A model generated the notes under the pieces. It worked only from the letters and a program-made list of their open reading frames with translations. It had not been told where the DNA came from and searched no databases. Of a DNA stretch of 64,000 nucleotides, positions 42,173 to 50,461 are shown piece by piece. The number at the start of each line of letters is the position of its first letter. The first letter of the stretch is position 1. Source of the stretch: a virus; the IMG/VR virus record IMGVR_UViG_3300032677_001293; one strand, given 5' to 3'. The translations under genes and the position numbers were made by a program.

Positions 42173-42283
42173 ACACCTATTTAGCTATATCTATAGCTAC
42201 GAACCTACTATATAGGCCGTGGTTATCGTGCTCTTTTTGATTAAAATACTAAATATTAATATTAATAAAAAAGGATTTTAAAC

Positions 42284-45200
42284 ATGGCTAGCACATTAGT
42301 ATCTCCAGGCGTACAAGTTACAGTAGTTGACGAAAGTCAATATCTTCCGGCCGCTACGAATTCGGTGCCGTTTGTAGTTATCGCTACAGCGTCAAATAAA
42401 CTATCCGCAGATGGTACAGGTATTGCCCCAGGAACATTAGCCGTAAATGCTGGCAAATTGTTCTTAGCAACTAGTCAACGAGCTCTATCTGCCAACTATG
42501 GTGTTCCGTTCTTCTATCAAACAACTAACGGTACTCCTATCAATGGATATGAACTTAATGAATACGGCTTATTAGCTGCTTATTCTGCGTTAGGTGTTAC
42601 AAATCAATGTTATGTACTTCGTGCTGATATTGACTTAGCTGCTCTTACAGCATCATTAACCCGCCCAACAGGAAGTCCAGATAATGGTACTTACTGGTTA
42701 GATACAGTTAATACACAATGGGGATTATTCACATGGAATCAAGTTAGTGGAACATTTACTAATGTAATTCCGTCAGTAATTACAAATCAAGATTACTTGA
42801 CTCCATCATCAACTGTACCATTACAAAGTTATGGCAGTATTGGCCAATATGCTGTTGTTGCTACTAACACATCTAATCCAATTTATTTCAAGCGTGGCGG
42901 CCCAACAGCATCGCAAGCTGGTTCGTATGCAGCTGCTTATTTTGGTAATTTGTATAATACTTGGGTTCAACTTGGTAGTGCCCCATGGCAAACTTCTTGG
43001 CCAACTATTCAAGGCACAAATACACCAAGTAGTTCATCATTAACAGCTAGTGATACATTTAAAATTAATAATATATTAATTACTGTACCGTCGAGTCCTA
43101 CTGTATCTCTTATTGTTGATGCTATTAACCAAGCAGGTATTACTGGAGTATATGCGGCTAATATCGGTGGCGCATTAAACTTATATGCTGATACTACGGC
43201 AGGTATTGTGTCATCTATAACTAATTTAACATCTAATGGCACTACTGCTACTGTAACATTTAGTACAGCAGTACCAACACCATATGTTATTGGCAGTACA
43301 ATTTATCTTTCTGGAGTTAGTAACACTGGATCAGCTAATACATCATTATATAATGGCTATTATACAGTTACAGCGTCAACATCTACTACTGTAACTTTTG
43401 CGACTACAACTACAGCTCCATATGTAAGCGGCACAGGTACTGCTATAAATGAAGGAACAGTAGTTCTTGCTAATAATGCTGGCACTTCATTTGCTGCGTT
43501 AGGCTTAACAGCAGGAACATACAATGCTCCAGAATATCAAGTAAGTCCAAGTTATACTGTACCACAATGGAATACATTTAGTGCTATGCCAGAACCAACA
43601 GGCTCTGTGTGGCAAAAATCTAATAGTGTAAACCAAGGCACAAGTATTGTAATGAAGCAATATAACTCTACATTAGGGTTATATGTAATACAATCCGTAA
43701 CAGTATATCCTAGTGATAACGCTGCTCTTTATGGTTTAGATCCATCGGGTGGCGGCCAAGGCATTCCTACTGGCACTTTATATGCTAGATCTAATCCAGT
43801 TAGTGATGGCACATCGGGATATCAAATTCTTGAACGTTACACAACAGGCCCAACTATTGTTACCGGTAGCAATACAACACAAACATTTAGTTCTGGACAA
43901 TCTTTCTCATTAGGCGCAAGTCAGCCTGGCACAGCAGTTAATCAATGGCGCACAGTTAGTTTAGTGTCTATTGGACATTCAGGTAATCCAACAGCTAGCG
44001 ACTTTGTAGCCGCTATTAGTGCCGCTGGCATTCCTTATGTAAGTGCTACTATTAATAGTGCTGGCGCTATTGTAATGCAACATAGCAAAGGCGGAGACAT
44101 TGAATTAGTTGATTTAAATGGCGGAACTGTTGTTACTGATGCTGGCTTTACAACTAGTACTTTCTTATGCCGTCAGCGTTATGTTAACGGTGCTGCCGCT
44201 GGTTTAGTTTTAAGTAACTGGGTAGGTAGCACAACATTTACATACACAGCATCTGATGTGGCTCCAGATCAAGATCCAACTGATGGCACATATTGGTATT
44301 ATAGTGATGCTACACAAGTAGATATCATGATTCAAAACAATGGTGTATGGACAGGATATCAAAATTGTACATCTGACAGCCGTGGTTATGATTTATCTCA
44401 AACCAATGCTACTGGTCCAATCATTAGTGCTACTCCACCATTAACACAAACTGACAATACATCACCATTAGTATATGGCGATTTATGGGTTAATACTTCT
44501 GATTTAGAAGATTATCCAATTTTATCTCGTTGGCAAAATGTTAACGGTGTAGATCAATGGGCACAAATTGATAACACAGATGCTACACAATCTAATGGTA
44601 TTTTATTCCAAGATGCTCGTTGGGCTCCAAATGGTACAACAGATCCTGTATCTGCTGCTTTACCAACAATCCAAAGTTTATTAACAAGTAATTACTTGGA
44701 TCTAGATGCTCCAGACGCATTATTATATCCAACAGGAATGTTGTTATGGAATACTCGTCGTTCAGGATTTAATGTTAAAACATATCAATCAAATTATTTT
44801 AACAATAATACTTTCCCAACATACGACTGGGTTTCTACAACATCTTATACAATTGGTCAATATGTCCAGTATGATAATATTGTGTATGCTTGTATTCAAA
44901 ATAACTCAAATCAAGAGCCAGACACAAGTCCAACTTATTGGTCAGTACAAACTGTAACAAATACATGGTTAACTGCTACAGGAAATCGTCCAGATGGTTC
45001 ACCATACATGGGTCGTCAAGCTCAGCGTGAAATTATTGTTAAAGCTATGAAGAGTGCTATTGATACTAATACACAGATTCGTGAAGAACAAAATTCTTAC
45101 AACTTAATCGCTGTTCCTGGATATCCAGAATTGGCTCCTAACATGGTAGCATTGAATAATGAAATTAATAATGTGGCATTTAGCATTATTGATACCCCAT

Positions 45201-45958
45201 TACGCCTTGCTCCAGCAGATATTGTTACATGGGCAACTGATAATAATGGTTTAGGTTTACCAACAGGCGATGGCAATTTAGCAGCTGGCGATGCTTACGG
45301 TGGCACATTCTATCCAAGCTGTCAGACAACTGATTTGAGCGGAAACTATTGTGTAACTTATCCAAGTCACATGATGATTCGCACAATTATTCGTAGCGAT
45401 GAAATTGCTTATCCTTGGTTAGCTCCAGCTGGAACACGTCGTGGTTTAGTTGATAACGCATTCCAGTTAGGTTACTTAAATGGTATTACTGGTGTATTTG
45501 AAACATTAGGCGTTGGACAATCATTGCGCGATGTATTGTATGAAAACCAAATTAATCCAATCACTTATATCCCAGGTGTTGGTATTACTAACTTTGGTAA
45601 TAAGACATTACAAGCTACAGCTACAGCATTAGACCGTATCAACGTAGCTCGTTTAGTATGCTTTATCCGTACTAGACTTGAAACAATTGGTAAGCAATAT
45701 TTGTTTGAACCAAATGATCAAATTACCCGTACAGAAATCAGTAACTCAATCGTAAGTTTAATGATTGACTTGGTTGCTAAACGCGGTATTTACGATTACT
45801 TGGTTGTATGTGATAACACAAACAATACACCAACTACAATCGATCAAAATCAGTTATGGGTTGATATTGCTATTGAGCCAGTAAAAGCTGTGGAATTCAT
45901 CTATATTCCATTGCGTATCGAAAACACTGGAGCGATTGCGGCGCAGGCTGCTGCTTAA
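42284..45958 (+). CDS. Contractile tail sheath protein (gp18), enlarged to 1224 aa
   Basis: LVSPGVQVTVVDES N-terminus; PWLAPAGTRRG, LYENQINPI, ALDRINVARL and IEPVKAVEFIYIP motifs. Confidence 0.95.
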   Translation: MASTLVSPGVQVTVVDESQYLPAATNSVPFVVIATASNKLSADGTGIAPGTLAVNAGKLFLATSQRALSANYGVPFFYQTTNGTPINGYELNEYGLLAAYSALGVTNQCYVLRADIDLAALTASLTRPTGSPDNGTYWLDTVNTQWGLFTWNQVSGTFTNVIPSVITNQDYLTPSSTVPLQSYGSIGQYAVVATNTSNPIYFKRGGPTASQAGSYAAAYFGNLYNTWVQLGSAPWQTSWPTIQGTNTPSSSSLTASDTFKINNILITVPSSPTVSLIVDAINQAGITGVYAANIGGALNLYADTTAGIVSSITNLTSNGTTATVTFSTAVPTPYVIGSTIYLSGVSNTGSANTSLYNGYYTVTASTSTTVTFATTTTAPYVSGTGTAINEGTVVLANNAGTSFAALGLTAGTYNAPEYQVSPSYTVPQWNTFSAMPEPTGSVWQKSNSVNQGTSIVMKQYNSTLGLYVIQSVTVYPSDNAALYGLDPSGGGQGIPTGTLYARSNPVSDGTSGYQILERYTTGPTIVTGSNTTQTFSSGQSFSLGASQPGTAVNQWRTVSLVSIGHSGNPTASDFVAAISAAGIPYVSATINSAGAIVMQHSKGGDIELVDLNGGTVVTDAGFTTSTFLCRQRYVNGAAAGLVLSNWVGSTTFTYTASDVAPDQDPTDGTYWYYSDATQVDIMIQNNGVWTGYQNCTSDSRGYDLSQTNATGPIISATPPLTQTDNTSPLVYGDLWVNTSDLEDYPILSRWQNVNGVDQWAQIDNTDATQSNGILFQDARWAPNGTTDPVSAALPTIQSLLTSNYLDLDAPDALLYPTGMLLWNTRRSGFNVKTYQSNYFNNNTFPTYDWVSTTSYTIGQYVQYDNIVYACIQNNSNQEPDTSPTYWSVQTVTNTWLTATGNRPDGSPYMGRQAQREIIVKAMKSAIDTNTQIREEQNSYNLIAVPGYPELAPNMVALNNEINNVAFSIIDTPLRLAPADIVTWATDNNGLGLPTGDGNLAAGDAYGGTFYPSCQTTDLSGNYCVTYPSHMMIRTIIRSDEIAYPWLAPAGTRRGLVDNAFQLGYLNGITGVFETLGVGQSLRDVLYENQINPITYIPGVGITNFGNKTLQATATALDRINVARLVCFIRTRLETIGKQYLFEPNDQITRTEISNSIVSLMIDLVAKRGIYDYLVVCDNTNNTPTTIDQNQLWVDIAIEPVKAVEFIYIPLRIENTGAIAAQAAA

Positions 45959-45960
45959 AG

Positions 45961-45988
45961 AAAGTTGGGCAAGAAATTGCCCAACTTT
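45961..45988 (+). terminator. 12-bp perfect hairpin (terminator/processing site) between sheath and tube
   Basis: AAAGTTGGGCAA-GAAA-TTGCCCAACTTT; a TAAATA follows at 45995. Confidence 0.75.
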
Positions 45989-46021
45989 ATTAACTAAATA
46001 AAGTATATCGGAGATTAACAA

Positions 46022-46678
46022 ATGGCAACATCATCACTAACTAACATGACCGTTCCTTTAGGAGCAGACGGACAAAGCGCATCAACCCAAGGCTTATTAA
46101 TGCCTAAATTGGCATATCGCTTCCGTGTTTTCTTTGCGAACTTTGGTGTAAGTACACCTACAACAGAGCTAACAAAGCAGGTTATGAAGTTTGACCGTCC
46201 ACACGTACAGTTCGAAGAAATTAAATTACCAATTTATAACAGTACAGTTAAAATTGCTGGCAAGCATACATGGAATGATGTTACTTGCGATTTGCGTGAT
46301 GATGCTCAAGGCAATGTAAGTAAATTAGTTGGCGAACAGTTACAGAAGCAATTAGACTTCATGGAACAAAGTTCTGCTGCGTCTGGGATTGATTATAAAT
46401 TTACTATTCAACTTCAGATTCTTGACGGCGGTAACGGCACTAACGAACCTACTGTATTAGAAGAATGGCAGATTCTTGGAGCATACTTAAAAGATGTAAA
46501 TTATAATTCAATGGATTACAATACATCTGACGCAGTTAAAATTGGATTAACAATCACATTTGATAACGCTATCCAAGTTAACAGCGCAGGTACTCCAACA
46601 GGTGTAGGTCAAGCTATTGCGTACACAGTTGGCTCTATCGCTACTGGTGCTGCGTCTACTAACACTAGTACAACCTAA
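46022..46678 (+). CDS. Tail tube protein (gp19)
   Basis: PKLAYRFRV...AGKHTWND...W.I.GAY...YDNA-like tube fold; directly follows the sheath gene. Confidence 0.85.
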   Translation: MATSSLTNMTVPLGADGQSASTQGLLMPKLAYRFRVFFANFGVSTPTTELTKQVMKFDRPHVQFEEIKLPIYNSTVKIAGKHTWNDVTCDLRDDAQGNVSKLVGEQLQKQLDFMEQSSAASGIDYKFTIQLQILDGGNGTNEPTVLEEWQILGAYLKDVNYNSMDYNTSDAVKIGLTITFDNAIQVNSAGTPTGVGQAIAYTVGSIATGAASTNTSTT

Positions 46679-46683
46679 ACGCC

Positions 46684-47883
46684 ATGGGAACCGGCTTCTT
46701 CGGCCAGGGCGGTGATTTATTACAAGCATTTGGGCAAGGTGCGTTCAGCGTACCTGGCTTAAAAGATTACACCCACGCTAGTAAAACTTTTGAAACAAAC
46801 GGATATCAACTTACACCTCGGTTTAAGTTTTTATACCATGTTTTCTTTAATATCAATACTGGACAAATTCCACAACTACAAGCTGCGTATGGATCTGGCA
46901 CAGTAGAAACTATCGGCATGATGGTTAAAAGTATTGATTTACCTAAGTTTAAAATTGATACAGCCGTTATGAATCAGTACAATCGTAAAAGAGTTGTACA
47001 AAGTAAAATGCGTTATGAACCAAGTCGTATTACATTCCATGACGACCAATCTGATTTAATTCGTAATATGTGGTATAACTATTATACATATTACTATAAA
47101 GATCCAAGTCAAAAATATCAAAATGTAGCTACACAATCTGGCACATTAGGAGCATTACAAACATTTAGTAATGGATTTAATTACAACGCTAACGACATTT
47201 ATAGCCAAACATTACAAAGTGCCGACTGGGGCTTTATTGGTGAAAGTTATTCCGACGGAACTAACACTGGCACATCTACAACTGGTAAACCAGCTTTCTT
47301 CCGCGACATTACTATCTATGGTTTAAGCCAAAAGAAATATGCGGCTTGGACATTAATTAATCCAATTATTTCACAATGGAATAGTGATACTTACGATTAT
47401 TCCGAAGGTAGTGGCACTATGAAAAATGATGTTACTATCGAATATGAAACTGTAAAATATTATTCAGGTGCTATCGGTGGGGCTCAGCCTAGCAACAAGG
47501 TTGCTGGATTTGCTGATCCAGCACACTATGATAATATACCATCGGGTATTACACGCCCAGGCGGAACTAAATCGGTATTTGGTCAAGGCGGCTTATTAGA
47601 TGCTGTTGGCGGAACTGTTGAAGATTTACAAGCATTGGCATCTGGCCAAGGTGGATTACAAAATGTTATCGGTGCTGTACAGACTGCTGGTACAGCATAT
47701 AATACATTTAAAAATGCTAATCTTGGACAGATTATTAGACCAGAATTACAAACAGCGGCTATCAATGTAGCACAATATAGTTTACCTAACGCAACTCGTG
47801 CGGCAGTTAATTCAGCTAACGGAATGTTATTTCCACGAGCACCAACATTACAACCAAGTAATGGTATTAACGGAGGACCTTAA
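46684..47883 (+). CDS. Tail-tube-fold baseplate protein (gp48/gp54-like)
   Basis: 'VKSIDLPKF...NQYNRK...ITFHDD...LINPII' tube-like motifs. Confidence 0.6.
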   Translation: MGTGFFGQGGDLLQAFGQGAFSVPGLKDYTHASKTFETNGYQLTPRFKFLYHVFFNINTGQIPQLQAAYGSGTVETIGMMVKSIDLPKFKIDTAVMNQYNRKRVVQSKMRYEPSRITFHDDQSDLIRNMWYNYYTYYYKDPSQKYQNVATQSGTLGALQTFSNGFNYNANDIYSQTLQSADWGFIGESYSDGTNTGTSTTGKPAFFRDITIYGLSQKKYAAWTLINPIISQWNSDTYDYSEGSGTMKNDVTIEYETVKYYSGAIGGAQPSNKVAGFADPAHYDNIPSGITRPGGTKSVFGQGGLLDAVGGTVEDLQALASGQGGLQNVIGAVQTAGTAYNTFKNANLGQIIRPELQTAAINVAQYSLPNATRAAVNSANGMLFPRAPTLQPSNGINGGP

Positions 47884-47885
47884 TT

Positions 47886-48245
47886 ATGTCCACAGTTAAC
47901 GCTACAAATCCAAATATTGATTTATCAGTACACATATTTGATAAATTTTATAACTATCGTCAATCAGTATCTGCTCAAGAGTATGATGCTGTTCATAGTT
48001 ATTTGCTATCAGTTTTTGCTACACCTAAACAAGCTGGAAATTTTACATCAACAATGTTTAGAATTGCTGGAGTATCAGGTATTCCTGTTATGCAATTACT
48101 ACAATCAATACAAGGAATGTCTGGTCCGCAAATTACTTTAACATTTGCTTTTTATTTAAACACATTCCAAAGTCCTTCGACTATGTTGGGAATTCAAGCA
48201 CAAACAGTACCTAACTACTATGTTGCTCACAACATTAAGCAGTAA
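47886..48245 (+). CDS. Hypothetical virion protein
   Basis: Intact ORF within the tail operon. Confidence 0.55.
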   Translation: MSTVNATNPNIDLSVHIFDKFYNYRQSVSAQEYDAVHSYLLSVFATPKQAGNFTSTMFRIAGVSGIPVMQLLQSIQGMSGPQITLTFAFYLNTFQSPSTMLGIQAQTVPNYYVAHNIKQ

Positions 48246-48250
48246 TCATA

Positions 48251-48685
48251 ATGGCTAATTTCCGCCAAGGTCTCTACGAAGTAAAAAATGCTAGCAAGTA
48301 TGTAGGTAATGGAAAACCGCGATTTCGTTCTGGTTGGGAATTAACTTTTATGACTTTTTGTGATACAAATGAAAATGTATTACAGTGGGCATCAGAACCT
48401 GTGCGCATTCCATATCGCCACCCACTTACTGGTAAAATTACAATGTATGTGCCGGATTTTATTGTAACATATCGTGGTCCAAATAATACTGTAAAAGCAG
48501 AGCTGATAGAAATTAAACCAAAATCACAAAGTATAGTAGAAGCAAAGATGAAAGATCGCGACAAAGCGATTGTAGCAATCAACTACAGCAAATGGGATGC
48601 AGCCACTAAATGGGCCAGGCAAAACGGCCTTACATTTCGTGTGATTACAGAAGGTGATATCTATAGGCAGGGCGGCAAAAAGTAA
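48251..48685 (+). CDS. Head completion nuclease (T4 gp4-like, TnsA fold)
   Basis: KYVG...RSGWE..FM.FCD...WASE...Y.PDF...EIKP...KW.AA motifs. Confidence 0.9.
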   Translation: MANFRQGLYEVKNASKYVGNGKPRFRSGWELTFMTFCDTNENVLQWASEPVRIPYRHPLTGKITMYVPDFIVTYRGPNNTVKAELIEIKPKSQSIVEAKMKDRDKAIVAINYSKWDAATKWARQNGLTFRVITEGDIYRQGGKK

Positions 48686-48716
48686 TAGGACCTATTAAAA
48701 ATGCGGTAAATACCGT

Positions 48717-49325
48717 ATGAATTCTGATTTAACCTACTATGTTTATGCTTACTTGCGCAAAGATACACTTACTCCTAAGGAACACAATGTTAAAGTTCCT
48801 ACAGATGAGCATAGAATTGTTATTGTAGAAAAAAATTTAACAGATTTAGGTGCTTGTGCTATTGAACGCCGTCTTATTAGCTGGTACGGACGCAAAGATT
48901 TGGGCACTGGCATTTTACGCAATATGACAGACGGCGGTGATGGTACAGCTGGGTATAAATTCTCGCAAGAACAATTAGTAAACCGCTCGCAACAACGCAA
49001 AGGCGTAGCACAACCTAACGGTCGCAAACCAAAACAATCAAATGCTGGTTATATCGAAGCCTGGAAAACTCGCGATAAAACAGTAAAAATATCTACCCGT
49101 GAATTATTAAAAGAAACAAATACAAAAATATGGGCAGATCCTAAATTAAGAGATCAACAGAGCAAGACACGAAAAGAATATTTGAAAAATAATCCTGAAG
49201 AATTAGCAATATCAATCTCAAAATTACAGAAAAAAGTTTGTTGCCCTCGATGCGGAACTATTACAAACAAAGGTAATTTAGCCCGCTGGCACAAAGAATG
49301 TAAAAAGGAGACTCAAAATTACTAA
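48717..49325 (+). pseudogene. Degenerate GIY-YIG-like homing endonuclease (YIG segment missing)
   Basis: [12 protein letters not shown] runs directly into KEHNV with no YIGKG..R; the later [25 protein letters not shown] and C-terminal CxxC..RWH are intact. Confidence 0.6.
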
Positions 49326-49815
49326 GAAACTTGAAGAATTGTTTGGATTTACTGATGAAGAGAATATGGCTCCTTCTATTAGCGAAACGCTAACTCCAGA
49401 AGAGACACGCACAGCTATCATAGAAATTGATGATACTATAGATAAAATTGACGAAGCATTACCTGCTATTCGTGATTTGGAAGCAAGTGATAAAGAACTA
49501 GACGAAATAGCAGAATTAGCCAAACAAAGCTATCAAGATTTATCCGATTTGGGCATGAATGTAGACAGTAGATTTGCCGCAGAATTGTTTGCTGTGGCTG
49601 GGAATATGCTGGGACACGCACTAACAGCGAAAACTACTAAACTGAATAAAAAATTAAAAATGATTGACTTGCAACTTAAAAAGTTAAAGTTAGATCAAGA
49701 CGCCGCCAAAAAATCCGGGGATTTAACCAGCATTCCTACGGCCGAAGGACAGGTATTAACTCGCAATGATTTGCTGGAACGCTTACTTAGCGACAGAGCA
49801 CAAAAAGACAATTAG
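49318..49815 (+). CDS. Probable terminase small subunit (gp16-like); probable AUU start
   Basis: SD AAGGAG 7 nt before ATT-ACT-AAG-AAA-CTT-GAA-GAA-TTG-TTT (xTKKLEELF); helical/coiled-coil protein ending '[10 protein letters not shown]'; upstream of the large subunit. Confidence 0.5.
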   Translation: MTKKLEELFGFTDEENMAPSISETLTPEETRTAIIEIDDTIDKIDEALPAIRDLEASDKELDEIAELAKQSYQDLSDLGMNVDSRFAAELFAVAGNMLGHALTAKTTKLNKKLKMIDLQLKKLKLDQDAAKKSGDLTSIPTAEGQVLTRNDLLERLLSDRAQKDN

Positions 49816-49840
49816 TATAAATATAATATAGGAAACAATC

Positions 49841-50461
49841 ATGAAAAATTTTAAAGATTACTTAGCAGAATCCGAGCGCACATATAACTATCGTATCAAA
49901 GTAGTTGGTGATTTGCCTTCAGGATTTATCACAAAACTTAAAAGCAAACTTGACCAATTTGATCCATTGTCAATTGGCGCAGATAAGTCAACTCCAATTC
50001 AAGCTAAACCAGCCGATTTTCCAGCACAAGAAAATCAAAAAGTTACTAGCTTTGATGTTAAGTTACGCTACCCAGCAATCGAACCGCAAATTAAACAAAT
50101 TGCTCGACTACTTGGGTTTGATGAAAATAAAATTATTATGCAAACATCGGTATTTGATGACAGCGTTGACTTTATCAATAAGCAAGTTGAAGACCAACCT
50201 GAATCATTATTAAACGATACTGATTATCCTGCTGACAACGCAGAACAAAAAGCATTGAAGAAAGATTATTCAGCTGATCCATTTGACCATGCTGTATTAA
50301 AAAATGCTTATCGTAGCAACTTTACTATTGCTGGCGGAAGTCCTAAGCCTGCTGAAACAACAAATGAGTTACCACAAGGTGATGACTCTCCAATGACACA
50401 CGCAGAAAAGCGTCCACGCAAGCCAGCAACTGGCGCACAACCATCAGGAAACTACAAATGA
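49841..50461 (+). CDS. Head internal/prohead-associated protein
   Basis: N-terminus MKNFKDYLAE resembles the T4 capsid-targeting sequence; TATAAATA upstream. Confidence 0.55.
   Translation: MKNFKDYLAESERTYNYRIKVVGDLPSGFITKLKSKLDQFDPLSIGADKSTPIQAKPADFPAQENQKVTSFDVKLRYPAIEPQIKQIARLLGFDENKIIMQTSVFDDSVDFINKQVEDQPESLLNDTDYPADNAEQKALKKDYSADPFDHAVLKNAYRSNFTIAGGSPKPAETTNELPQGDDSPMTHAEKRPRKPATGAQPSGNYK

Noticed and set aside
42182-42199. Inverted repeat TAGCTATA-tc-TATAGCTA
   Set aside because: It is short, AT-rich and single-copy; there is not enough support to call it an operator.
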